A DNA stretch of 64,000 nucleotides from contig OY771587.1 in the NCBI GenBank assembly GCA_963674825.1, forward strand, positions 2,720,001-2,784,000, in the 5' to 3' direction. The DNA comes from Candidatus Cloacimonadales bacterium (GTDB taxonomy: Bacteria > Cloacimonadota > Cloacimonadia > Cloacimonadales > JAIOQZ01). The translations under genes and the position numbers were made by a program. Under the pieces are notes generated by a model that saw only the letters and a program-made list of their open reading frames with translations, made no database searches and was not told the DNA's origin. Below, in pieces: positions 39,808-49,616 of the stretch. Numbering within the stretch: the stretch's first letter is position 1; every line of letters begins with the position of its first letter.

Positions 39808-41550
39808 ATGCAAAGGATATCGCAACCACCCATGACAAGGCAGGAGATGGAGTCTCTTGGCTGGAACGAGCTCGACGTGATCATCGTAACCGGTGACGCG
39901 TTCATTGATCACCCGGCGTTTGGCAGTGCGCTGCTGGCGCGTCTGCTGATCGCGGACGGCTATCGTACCGGCGTGATCGCGCAGCCGCAGACAGATGAGG
40001 ACTATACCCGTCTGGGTGTACCAAGACTTTTCTTCGGTGTTACGTCGGGGAATGTCGATTCTATGGTAGCAAACTACACCGCGCTGAAAAAGCCACGCTC
40101 CGACGACGCCTATACGCCCGGCGGAGAAGGCGGTAAGCGACCGGATCGTGCCACAACTGTCTATTCGCAGGCGATACGCCGACTGTTCAAGGACGCGACC
40201 ATTGTGCTGGGCGGTATCGAGGCCTCGCTGCGGCGCGTTCCGCACTACGACTACTGGTCGGAGAAGGTGCGGAACAGCATCCTGCCCGAAGCGCGTGCTG
40301 ATATCCTCGTTTACGGCATGGGCGAGAGGCAGATTCTCGAGATTGCACGGCGACGACGGGACGACCTTGAGCTGAGCGATATTCCCGGAACCGTGATTTC
40401 GCTTCCAAAGGATGCGATTGTTGAAGGCGTGCAGCTTCCCACTTGGGAAGAGGCGAAGTCACCGGAAGGCTATCTGAAGCTGTTCCAGATATTCGATCGG
40501 AACTACCGCCAACATATACTATTCCAGGATTTCGCCGGAAGGAAGCTGGTTCATTATCCACCGCAGGAACCGTTGGAAACCAGAGAACTTGATGAGCTCT
40601 ACAAGCTGCCATTCTCTCGCAAGCCGCATCCGAGCTACAAGGGTGCGCGCATCCCGGCGTTCGAGCAGATTCAACACTCCATCACCGCGCATCGCGGTTG
40701 CTTCGGTGGTTGTAGTTTCTGTGCTCTGTCCTATCACCAGGGGCGTGCCATCCGTTCACGTAGCGAACAATCGATTGTCTCCGAAGTGCGCGACATGGCG
40801 GCGGATGATGATTTCAGGGGTACCATTACCGATATTGGCGGTCCCACGGCAAATATGTATGGTCTGAGCTGCAAGCGTGGCTTTCCGGTGGATTGCGGAC
40901 GCGCGTCCTGCCTGGTGCCGGATGTATGCCCGTTTCTCGAGACCGGGCACGATGATTACCTGCGTTTGCTGGATAAATCCACGAAAGTGCCGGGTGTGAA
41001 CCATCTTTTCATTGCTTCTGGCATTCGTTTCGACCTCGCGTTGAAGGACAGACAGTTCATCAAGGAACTGGCGAAGCGATACACTGGAGGACACCTCAAG
41101 CTGGCCCCCGAGCATCGTTCGGAGAATGTCCTGCACTATATGAACAAGCCCGGTAACCGGCCATACGACGAGTTTTGCATAATGTTTGAGGAAGATTCAA
41201 ACAAGGCCGGAAAGAAGCAATATGTGCTTCCGTACCTCATCGCAGGGCATCCGGGTGAGTCGCTTAGAGACACGATCGAGCTGGCGTTATGGCTGAAGAA
41301 GAACAACCTGCGGATTCGGCAGATCCAGCAGTTTACACCCACACCAATGACGCGCAGCACCTGCATGTATTTCACGGGTGTCGATCCAACGACTAGCCAG
41401 AAGGTTCACATCCCGAAGGGTCGCGAAGTGAGGCTCATGAAAGCGCTTATGCAATGGTATGTTCCAGAGAATCGCAAACTAGTTATCGAAGCGTTACGGT
41501 CGTCAGGACGAGGCGATCTGGTCAGTGTCTTTCAGTCCGATCGTAAATAA
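39808..41550 (+). CDS. YgiQ (UPF0313) family radical SAM protein
   Basis: GDAFIDHP.FG, GNVDSMV, GGIEASLRR, HRGCFGGCSFC (CxxxCxxC), GGPTANMY. Confidence 0.93.
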   Translation: MQRISQPPMTRQEMESLGWNELDVIIVTGDAFIDHPAFGSALLARLLIADGYRTGVIAQPQTDEDYTRLGVPRLFFGVTSGNVDSMVANYTALKKPRSDDAYTPGGEGGKRPDRATTVYSQAIRRLFKDATIVLGGIEASLRRVPHYDYWSEKVRNSILPEARADILVYGMGERQILEIARRRRDDLELSDIPGTVISLPKDAIVEGVQLPTWEEAKSPEGYLKLFQIFDRNYRQHILFQDFAGRKLVHYPPQEPLETRELDELYKLPFSRKPHPSYKGARIPAFEQIQHSITAHRGCFGGCSFCALSYHQGRAIRSRSEQSIVSEVRDMAADDDFRGTITDIGGPTANMYGLSCKRGFPVDCGRASCLVPDVCPFLETGHDDYLRLLDKSTKVPGVNHLFIASGIRFDLALKDRQFIKELAKRYTGGHLKLAPEHRSENVLHYMNKPGNRPYDEFCIMFEEDSNKAGKKQYVLPYLIAGHPGESLRDTIELALWLKKNNLRIRQIQQFTPTPMTRSTCMYFTGVDPTTSQKVHIPKGREVRLMKALMQWYVPENRKLVIEALRSSGRGDLVSVFQSDRK

Positions 41551-41590
41551 ATCCTTGCCACACAAGCTGGATTCAATTCAGTAGTTCTCT

Positions 41591-42364
41591 ATGGATGGAC
41601 ATGCAATTTTAGTTTACGGAATGCTTCTACTCGCCGGAGGTCTGGCGGGATTTATCAATACGCTCGCTGGCGGTGGCTCCGTTTTGGTTCTGCCTGTGCT
41701 GATAACCCTCATCGGAATGGATGCAAACGTAGCCAATGCCACTAATCGTGTGGCTGTTCTGGTGCAAAACATATCCAGTGTTCACCACTTCAGGAAACGC
41801 AATTTGATCGAGATCAAGGGACGCTGGCACATCTTTCTATCGGTGATTATCGGTTCGCTGCTTGGGACCATGTGGGCTGTGAACATCAGCAGTCGTATGT
41901 TCGAGATTATCTTAGCGTTTATCCTCATCGGAATTGTGATCATGATGATTCGTCCACCTAAGATGAAAGACAAGCGCAAGAACGTCCCCGCGTGGGTTGA
42001 AAGCTTGCTTTTTATCGCAATCGGTTTCTATGGCGGATTTATCCAGGTGGGCGTGGGGCTGATTTTGCTGGCGTCGCTGAACCTCATCGAAAGCCTTGAT
42101 CTGGTGCGTGCAAATGCGCTTAAAGTGACGATCGTGTTGTTCTATACGGTATGCTCAGTGTGCATCTTCGCAGTATCGGGTACGGTGATTTGGAAATACG
42201 GAATTATCCTGTCGGTGGGTAATTATATCGGGGCCTGGATCGGTGTTCGCTCGGCGGTGAAGAAGGGTGAGAAGATCATCCGTCTGATTCTGATTGTGTC
42301 GGTAATCCTCGGTAGCCTTGAACTGCTGGGTGTGTTCGACTGGGCGCTGGGATTATTAAAATAA
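41591..42364 (+). CDS. TSUP (TauE/SafE) family transporter
   Basis: AGFINTLAGGGS, ANATN, GFYGGFIQ.G.G, ANALK. Confidence 0.9.
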   Translation: MDGHAILVYGMLLLAGGLAGFINTLAGGGSVLVLPVLITLIGMDANVANATNRVAVLVQNISSVHHFRKRNLIEIKGRWHIFLSVIIGSLLGTMWAVNISSRMFEIILAFILIGIVIMMIRPPKMKDKRKNVPAWVESLLFIAIGFYGGFIQVGVGLILLASLNLIESLDLVRANALKVTIVLFYTVCSVCIFAVSGTVIWKYGIILSVGNYIGAWIGVRSAVKKGEKIIRLILIVSVILGSLELLGVFDWALGLLK

Positions 42365-42445
42365 CCCCCCTTAGTCCCCCCCCTTGTCAGGGTGGTGGGA
42401 GGAAAGACCCTCACCCCAGCCCTCTCCCATAAATGGGCGAGGGGG
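42364..42445. repeat. Two C-rich/G-rich REP-like units
   Basis: ACCCCCCTTAGTCCCCCCCCTTGTCAGGGTGG and CCCTCACCCCAGCCCTCTCCCATAAATGGGCGAGGGGG, in a convergent intergenic gap. Confidence 0.65.
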
Positions 42446-42470
42446 AAGAGAGAATAATTGAAGTAATCTG

Positions 42471-42608
42471 GCCATCCACCCGCATCTACGCCCGATCCCG
42501 CGGCTAACGTGGATATACCGCGACTTCGTAACTATCGGACACGAGAATTAAACCGCGGAACACCACGCCAGCCGCGCGATCAAACGAATCTGCTGGGTGG
42601 AGTGTGGC
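42471..42608 (-). ncRNA. Candidate structured RNA/ssDNA element, copy A (family unknown)
   Basis: Long nested hairpin, homologous to 61692-61817 with compensatory stem changes. G-U pairs favour the minus strand. Confidence 0.6.
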
Positions 42609-42609
42609 T

Positions 42610-45600
42610 TTATTTCAGCAACAATATCTTCCGCGTGTTATCGACTTTCCCCGTCTGCATCCTGACGAAGTAAATTCCGCTCGAGACCTGCTTCCCAACC
42701 TGATTCGTGCCTTTCCATGTCACCTGATAAGAGCCTGCTTCAAGGCGATCGTCCAGGATCCTCGTCACCCGTTGTCCGCGAATGTTGTAGATGTCGATGG
42801 TCACATTGCGATCCGCACTTAATGAGAAGCGGATGTTGGTCTCAGGATTGAACGGATTCGGGAAATTGCCGATCAGGCGATCCGATGCGATTGGCGCTTC
42901 TGCGGTGTTGTCACCACCTATCGCAGTGACGTGATCGCCAGCTCCGAAGGCCGGTACGGCAGTATATGTGAGGTTGTTACCACCGCCATCCATTGCCTGA
43001 ATGCTCAGGTCGATCAGGCAGGAATCGCTGGTGACGAATTCGCTGATATCAGCTGAAAATGCCTTGCCACTCACAAAGTAATCCACATTATCAATCTCAC
43101 CGACTACCCCGAACGGCACTTCCTGCCATTCTTCTTCGCCGTTGATTCGAAGCGCGAGTAAGATGTCTTCGTTGTCGATCGGATCGTAGTAATACCCGTT
43201 CTCGCTGTATTCACCATCGGTAAGGCAAAATCGGAGGAACGTCGTTTCTCCGGGATTGATCTCACCCAGCGGGACGCCGTCTTCATCGGTGAAGAACAGC
43301 CGGTTTAGCATGGGTGGACATTTACGTTGCTGAGCTGTGTTGAAGTGGTAAAGAACCTTTGTATTGCCCTGGATGTCGTCGAAAGAGTAGTCGTCAAAAT
43401 TCATCTCCAGTTCGTATCCTCCGGCTGCTGGCAAGTAAACCTCGTCAGTGCCCAGCATACCATTGAATACTTCACTACCGTTCTGGTTGCGCAGAACAAA
43501 GGGCAGGCGACTCTCGCTGTAGAAATAGTTGCTGCCTACACCGTCGCTGATCGTGTGATTAACTTCGATACCCGATGCCGTGATGTAGCACGGGACATTG
43601 ACCAGGAAGGGATAGTGGCCGACATACATGGTTTCGCCGATAGGGTATCCGGGTTCGAGTTCCGAGGGAAAACCATTGCGGGAGAAAGCAATCTGGTTGT
43701 TCTGAAGGCGTAAAGGCGGAGGGGTGCCCGCGATAAATTCTTCATCGTCAATCCACCTCTGGTAAAAACTCAGAGAGCTGCCGCGAGGACCGGAATAATC
43801 TCCCTGCATCAAGATGTGGCTGCCCCAGATGCCTTGTTTATCGAAGTACACATCCGGGAATGTCATCCCCATCATGAATCCACCTCCGATCGATGACCAC
43901 ACCAGGGGCATCGGATTGATCTGGAAGTGGTCCCATCCAAAAAAGGACATCACGAGATTGGCTTCACGGAAGCCATTCGGATCGTTCTGGATTGTCATGT
44001 CGCTATCGATACCGTAGAACGTGTCGAACATCATAACGTGGAAGTTCTTCTGCGCATCCCAGTGGGAGAATCCGATGTTGAATTCTGTTTCCGGAGGGAA
44101 ATAATCCGCCTGGAACTCGTGGATATTGAAGTTCATGAATGAGTACGAACGTCTGGCGCTTGGGAAGTAGATGTTCAGATAATAGAAATGCTCACCATAA
44201 CTATCGATCAGGTCGCCCGATTCAGTGTAGCCGTTAACGTTGATCGTGTTGAAATCGTGTTCACCGCTGACGTCGAGCAGAAAACTCCCCGCGTCGATAT
44301 GAAGATCGTCAACGCACACAAACTGAGAGACCTCTCCTGTATTGCGCGAGAAGAAAACGTATTCGTCGCCAGCAATGACGTCGAGCTGATAGAGGTAGGG
44401 GCTTAGCTCGACCGCGTCGCTTTTACGATAGGAATTTCGTTCGTTGAAAAGGTAGAAACTCGCGCTTGATGAATAATGCAGGATTTGAACACCGGTTACT
44501 TTAGTGATCGTCCAGGGGATTCTCCAGTCTCGATTGGAAGCGCTGATCGTTATCCAATCGGTGAAGACATCCAGATCGTCGATGGTCATCTCCTGATTGT
44601 TCACTTCGAGTTGAACGACGATTTCAGTAGATTCTCCCGGTAAAAGTATGGTGCTCTGCGGTGCAAAGTTCATCCCCAGCGCTGGGATCGGTGATTCCGC
44701 TGAAAAATTCAAAGCGATGGATTCGCCTGAGACGTTGCTGACATGCAGCGTGTCGATGAAGCTTACATTGACGACGTTATCCCCGACAACAGCGGTTGTG
44801 TCTGGAGCGAAATTCAGGATAGCCGGTTCGAACAGAACCTTGGGATCAACGGCGGCCATGGCATCGATTCGTCCACCACCTTGCTGCATGATGTCGCAGT
44901 CGATATCCACAGCGTTATTGACCATCGCAGAGCAGATCATTTCCGGTTGCCAGTCAGGGTGAATCTGCTTGATCAGAGCGCTGACACCCGACACATGCGG
45001 TGCTGCCATGGATGTACCGCTCATGGTGCGGGTTCCGCCTCCGGGGTAGGTCGATGTGATATTGAATCCCGGTGCACACAGCTCGGGTTTGACGGCATAG
45101 TTAATCAGGTTGGGGCCTTCGGAGCTGAAGGTTGTCAGTTCATCCCCGAGCGTTGTTGCTCCGACAGCGATAGCACCGGCGGCGCATGCGGGAGAGCCGA
45201 TCGACATGAAGTTAGCGTAGTTTCCTGCCGAGACGCAGAATGTGACGCCCAGCGCATTTGCGTTATCCAGTGCGGTACAAACTGCGTCGTTAGGATTTCC
45301 GCTGCTTGAGCCGAGACTGAGGTTGGCGATATCCACGTGGTCCGACGGATCGTTGTCGTCGTTGGGATCCACGCAGTACTCGATACCGGAAATTACGGTG
45401 ATGGAAGAACCCTGACCACTTGCGTTCAGCACACGAACTGCCAGTAGCGACGCATCTGGAGCGACGCCTCTTAAATTTTCGTCCTCAGCCGCGATAATTC
45501 CGGCAACGTGGGTGCCATGGCCGTTCTCGTCCATCGGGTCGCTGTCTTCATCGATAAAATCGTAGCCACCCACGACCTTGAAGTCAGGCCCGAACCCATC

Positions 45601-46155
45601 ACCAAGCGATGGGTGGGTATAATCGATACCGCTATCGAGAACTGCGACGAGGACGCCTTCGCCTGTCGCGCCATACTGCTGCCATACCTGATCTGCGCCA
45701 ATGTGCGGAACGCTCTCTGTGATATTGCCCTGGTAAATTAGGCTCCTGTGAAGTCTTTTTACATATGATAGTTGCTCGATTCTGTCCCGAACAGCCAGCG
45801 GAGCAATAATTTCGATACCGAAAAAGAGTTTGTAGCACTGCTTGCCCGTGAATGTGTCAGGCAAGTCACGATAGCGCGCTTTGAGGGGCTCAGTAATTGC
45901 AAGAAGGTCGCTCTGAAAGCGGCTGAACATCTCCTGATAGAAGTAAACGGATTGACGATCTTTGCTGACGAGGAGTGGTTGCTGGTCGAATTCGACGATG
46001 AATGTGTCGATTTCGGCTATGTCGTAGATGTCATATTCGAATCCGTCAACACTATCGGTTGCTTCGATTCTCTGGGTTCGGGTCAGTGGTTGATTGAGGC
46101 TGCTGAGGAAGGAAAACAGGGACAAGATCAGAATAATAGATGCAATTCGATTCAC
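42610..46155 (-). CDS. Secreted S8 (subtilisin/Vpr-like) serine peptidase with FlgD-Ig/T9SS-like C-terminal domain
   Basis: Signal peptide. Catalytic triad VLDSGID / GHGTHVAG / GTSMAAPHV. C-terminal GNFPNPFNPETNIRF...SSGIYFV. Confidence 0.93.
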   Translation of the reverse strand: MNRIASIILILSLFSFLSSLNQPLTRTQRIEATDSVDGFEYDIYDIAEIDTFIVEFDQQPLLVSKDRQSVYFYQEMFSRFQSDLLAITEPLKARYRDLPDTFTGKQCYKLFFGIEIIAPLAVRDRIEQLSYVKRLHRSLIYQGNITESVPHIGADQVWQQYGATGEGVLVAVLDSGIDYTHPSLGDGFGPDFKVVGGYDFIDEDSDPMDENGHGTHVAGIIAAEDENLRGVAPDASLLAVRVLNASGQGSSITVISGIEYCVDPNDDNDPSDHVDIANLSLGSSSGNPNDAVCTALDNANALGVTFCVSAGNYANFMSIGSPACAAGAIAVGATTLGDELTTFSSEGPNLINYAVKPELCAPGFNITSTYPGGGTRTMSGTSMAAPHVSGVSALIKQIHPDWQPEMICSAMVNNAVDIDCDIMQQGGGRIDAMAAVDPKVLFEPAILNFAPDTTAVVGDNVVNVSFIDTLHVSNVSGESIALNFSAESPIPALGMNFAPQSTILLPGESTEIVVQLEVNNQEMTIDDLDVFTDWITISASNRDWRIPWTITKVTGVQILHYSSSASFYLFNERNSYRKSDAVELSPYLYQLDVIAGDEYVFFSRNTGEVSQFVCVDDLHIDAGSFLLDVSGEHDFNTINVNGYTESGDLIDSYGEHFYYLNIYFPSARRSYSFMNFNIHEFQADYFPPETEFNIGFSHWDAQKNFHVMMFDTFYGIDSDMTIQNDPNGFREANLVMSFFGWDHFQINPMPLVWSSIGGGFMMGMTFPDVYFDKQGIWGSHILMQGDYSGPRGSSLSFYQRWIDDEEFIAGTPPPLRLQNNQIAFSRNGFPSELEPGYPIGETMYVGHYPFLVNVPCYITASGIEVNHTISDGVGSNYFYSESRLPFVLRNQNGSEVFNGMLGTDEVYLPAAGGYELEMNFDDYSFDDIQGNTKVLYHFNTAQQRKCPPMLNRLFFTDEDGVPLGEINPGETTFLRFCLTDGEYSENGYYYDPIDNEDILLALRINGEEEWQEVPFGVVGEIDNVDYFVSGKAFSADISEFVTSDSCLIDLSIQAMDGGGNNLTYTAVPAFGAGDHVTAIGGDNTAEAPIASDRLIGNFPNPFNPETNIRFSLSADRNVTIDIYNIRGQRVTRILDDRLEAGSYQVTWKGTNQVGKQVSSGIYFVRMQTGKVDNTRKILLLK

Positions 46156-46178
46156 AGGATCCTCCAGGTTGCGAAGGG

Positions 46179-46616
46179 TTATTCAAGGATTTCCACCAGA
46201 TATTTTTTAACGCCGGCAGCGATGAGTCCGATCTCTTTTGCGGCTGCATAGGAAAGGTCGAGGTCTCTGCCTTTTACGTGCGGACCTCTATCATTTACGC
46301 GCACCGTGACCGTTTTCCCTGTTTCTTCGTCCGTTACGCGGAGTCTGGTTCCGAAGGGAAGTGAAAGGTGCGCACAGGTCATATCGTACATGTCGAATGT
46401 TTCTCCACTCGCAGTCATTCTGCCGTGAAATTCCGAGGAATAGTACGAACATACCATATACATCTTCTTTCCGGGAGTAGCCTCGAGTTTCTTTTCGGGG
46501 GTGAGTAGCTTCACCTTTTTACGGGTGACGAACTTCGGGTTCGCAGCACAACCGGTCATGACCGCGAGCAGTACGATTGCCAATATAATATAGATTCTAT
46601 TCGTCGATATCGTCAT
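46179..46616 (-). CDS. rlpA: RlpA family lipoprotein (DPBB lytic transglycosylase domain)
   Basis: Lipobox MTGC, TASGETFD, CAH.SLPFGT, VRVNDRGP, DLSYAAA. Confidence 0.88.
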   Translation of the reverse strand: MTISTNRIYIILAIVLLAVMTGCAANPKFVTRKKVKLLTPEKKLEATPGKKMYMVCSYYSSEFHGRMTASGETFDMYDMTCAHLSLPFGTRLRVTDEETGKTVTVRVNDRGPHVKGRDLDLSYAAAKEIGLIAAGVKKYLVEILE

Positions 46617-47310
46617 GGAACACCAGCATCTGTTCGAAATCTGTGTAGTCTTTGAATGTCATGGAAGTCGCGAGTTTGAACCGGTCGAGGATTCCAACCA
46701 TGCGTTGTGTAGCAGCTTCGATCTTTTTCAGATAATGCTCCGTTTTCTTGTCGTCTTCGCGGCAATTCTGTTCCAGGTGCAGGCGGAACAGCTCCAGGTT
46801 ACCCTTCACGATCATTAGCGGCTGATTCATCTCATGATTGGCCGTTACCGCCATCGCAAGCGCGGTATTCTTTTTCTCCATCATCATGTTGCGGTCATGT
46901 AGCTCTTTGAGCCGGAGGTAGGAGCGAACCCGCATCTTGACGACGTAGTCTTCAACAGGTTTCGACAAAATGTCGTCCGCGCCGGCGTTGAGCATCCGCT
47001 CGCGCTCATCGTCGTTGCTGCGGTCGATCGCGGTGATGAAAATCACGGGGACGAAACCCTCGCGTGCCTTGATTTCACGACAGGCAATATAGCCGTTCAT
47101 GATCGGCATCCGGACATCCATCAGAACAATATCGGGCTGGAAAGTCTCGAACTTCCTGACGCCTTCCTGTCCGTTGGCTGCGGTTTCGATCTCGTATTTC
47201 TCTTCTTCTTCCAGGATCGCTTGCATGTATTGCCGATTTATCTTGTCGTTCTCTACGATGAGGATCTTATTCGGGACGACGTGATAATCCTCGTAAAGTT
47301 TGATATGCAC
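46597..47310 (-). CDS. Response regulator: REC + HisKA (DHp)-only domain
   Basis: KILIVEND, VLMDVRMP, IFITA, KPV, then AMAVTANHEMNQPL with no ATPase domain. GTG start after GAGGA. Confidence 0.88.
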   Translation of the reverse strand: MHIKLYEDYHVVPNKILIVENDKINRQYMQAILEEEEKYEIETAANGQEGVRKFETFQPDIVLMDVRMPIMNGYIACREIKAREGFVPVIFITAIDRSNDDERERMLNAGADDILSKPVEDYVVKMRVRSYLRLKELHDRNMMMEKKNTALAMAVTANHEMNQPLMIVKGNLELFRLHLEQNCREDDKKTEHYLKKIEAATQRMVGILDRFKLATSMTFKDYTDFEQMLVFHDDIDE

Positions 47311-47331
47311 TTTATCCTCGCATGTTGGCGG

Positions 47332-49506
47332 TTAGTAATGTTGTTCCAGTCCCGATTCCATGATTCGCTGACACATCAGCGCAGCGCTGATCATGGAAAA
47401 TCGTTTTGCATGACGATCCACATTTACATAGCATACTATCGGCAATGTCCACTCCAGTACTGCAAGCAAATAGGGTACCATATTTGTTTCAAAAATTGTT
47501 ACCTGATTCGCATAGGAGCGCATCAACCGGATAGTCTCCCAGGCCTTACGCAACCCCGGATCGTCATCGTCGTTGCGGTAAGGTATTACGTCGCCGAGAT
47601 TTCTCTGCTTCCAAAGCTCTTCTTCGAACTTAACCAATCGAACCAGATCATTGTCTGATTCAAACCTTGTAAACTCGGTTTTCACGATCGGTTCGAGCCT
47701 CGCGAAATCGGCAACGGCGTTACGGATACGTGTCTCTGAAAAATCGATGATGTAAATATTCTGCTTTTCATCAAGCAAGATGTTCTGCATGTTCAAGTCG
47801 CCGTGAATTGGGCAGGTGTACCACTGCATCTTTGCATGATGATCGTAATGGTTCGCGAGGAACCAGTAAGGATTGACGAGTGTGCGATCCAGCTCGGGGA
47901 TGAATATCTCCTGTTGCGTCGAATCAATGCCGAGCACTTCTTCGGCAGTCGGGATCAGATTTTTGAAGAGGTTCCTCGGGTCGTGATCACGGTAGAGGTG
48001 AACCTCTTCCCAGCGTGGCTGGCCATACCAGGGTTTCAGGATCTTGGTGAATACGCGGTTGAGGATCGGGAGGCTGTTCTCCGGGTTCTCGCGCCGATAA
48101 ATATCTGTGAACATGGTCAGCTGGCTTTCGGGGCCGTTGATCCCGAGGAAGTTGTAGCGCAGCCCGGCCCAATGTTCCTCGTAGTGATCACCCATGATGG
48201 TTGTGCTGTTGTTGTGGATGAATGGTTTCACGAATCGCGTGCAACCCTGGACTTCGGAACGGGTCACCTCGGGTGATCCCAGCTTAAGTACGGATGGCAA
48301 TAGCTTGCGTTTTTGCTTATCGTAGCCCGTTACTCGATAGGTCTTTGAAGTGAAACCGCCGGTAAGGCGTTTGAGGACGACCCGGCTACAATCCCGATAG
48401 ATTCGGCGGATGATCACATCGTTGCGCGGATCGGCGTCGTCTTGAGAATCATATTCTATCGAAAGCCTCTTTTCGCAGGCATCTCGAGTTTTCTCTGGCA
48501 GGAAGACCCATACGTGAACGTTCCTGACCTTGGTGGATAGAGGCAACTCGGTCATCTCAAGAACATTGTCCAGCGTCATGTTCCGCTTGACGGATATCTT
48601 GATATCCTCAGCGGATTCGAGCCTTGTTTCGCGAAGTTGTACGCCGTATTTCGGGGGAAGCTGCTTCATCTCGTGGAGTTTATTGAAAAGCTCGTCACCT
48701 TCAGGAGAAAGAAATCCCAAGATAAACGTATTGTCGAGGAATCCAGCATATGCAAGTGTATCTGCATGATCGGTGATTACGCGGATATCTTTGAGCAGCT
48801 TCAATAAAGTCGTAGTGTCATTGGATGTAAGAAGCAGGTCGGGATTGCCGCTGATTTCAGTCGCACCGGAAAGCCAAACCTCGCTTTTTTGCGGATCGTT
48901 TGTCACCAGGAAATCGGATGGAAGATCCTGAGGCTTCACGCTGAACATGCCTGGGGCAACGATAAAAGGTCCCGCGTTGAGCTGTGCCTGCTGGAAGCTG
49001 TTACCCATCGCTCCGTTACCAAGTGCGAACACGATCTCATCCAGCGTGATCTTTTCCAGTCCACCTGATTCTGGGCCATTCCATATGTCAATGAACGATC
49101 GTGCTCCGTTGAAGCGTTGAACCGTGTAGCTATGTTCATCAATCGAGATGGTTTCTTCTTTGCCGCAGGACTTACACAGCGCATCCAGTGCCTCGTCTGC
49201 ACTGACGAAGATCGAGAAGCGATTTGCGAGTCCTGAAATCTCCAGCACCTTCATGCAGGATTCATCGACACCGCATAGCGATATACTACCTTCGTTAGTC
49301 TGGAGTGCTCGTTGAACAGTAAGAAGCGACCGGATACCGGCACTTGAGAGGAATTTCACCTGGGTGAAATCGAGAAGTAAACTGTTGTTCACCGTAGTTA
49401 ACGGCATGATTTCGTCATCGAAAATTCCTGCGCCCAAGCCATCGAATCTACCGATAAGATTTACCACCAGTGTCTCACCGATGCGTTGAATCGAAATATT
49501 CAGCAT
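47332..49506 (-). CDS. STAS (anti-anti-sigma) domain + unknown middle domain + APH/TCAD9-like kinase domain
   Basis: N-terminal LDFTQVKFLSSAGIRSLL. C-terminal LTGGFTS, VLKLG, HGDLNMQNILL, IIDF, ADFARLE. Confidence 0.8.
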   Translation of the reverse strand: MLNISIQRIGETLVVNLIGRFDGLGAGIFDDEIMPLTTVNNSLLLDFTQVKFLSSAGIRSLLTVQRALQTNEGSISLCGVDESCMKVLEISGLANRFSIFVSADEALDALCKSCGKEETISIDEHSYTVQRFNGARSFIDIWNGPESGGLEKITLDEIVFALGNGAMGNSFQQAQLNAGPFIVAPGMFSVKPQDLPSDFLVTNDPQKSEVWLSGATEISGNPDLLLTSNDTTTLLKLLKDIRVITDHADTLAYAGFLDNTFILGFLSPEGDELFNKLHEMKQLPPKYGVQLRETRLESAEDIKISVKRNMTLDNVLEMTELPLSTKVRNVHVWVFLPEKTRDACEKRLSIEYDSQDDADPRNDVIIRRIYRDCSRVVLKRLTGGFTSKTYRVTGYDKQKRKLLPSVLKLGSPEVTRSEVQGCTRFVKPFIHNNSTTIMGDHYEEHWAGLRYNFLGINGPESQLTMFTDIYRRENPENSLPILNRVFTKILKPWYGQPRWEEVHLYRDHDPRNLFKNLIPTAEEVLGIDSTQQEIFIPELDRTLVNPYWFLANHYDHHAKMQWYTCPIHGDLNMQNILLDEKQNIYIIDFSETRIRNAVADFARLEPIVKTEFTRFESDNDLVRLVKFEEELWKQRNLGDVIPYRNDDDDPGLRKAWETIRLMRSYANQVTIFETNMVPYLLAVLEWTLPIVCYVNVDRHAKRFSMISAALMCQRIMESGLEQHY

Positions 49507-49616
49507 ATTTGCGTACCTCTTTATCCTATTAAGAATATATTCCTGCTTCTATGTATTGACAACGTTGGAACGGTTTCAGCATTGTTGCCCCGAAAAATTA
49601 TTATAGAGGTAGCACG

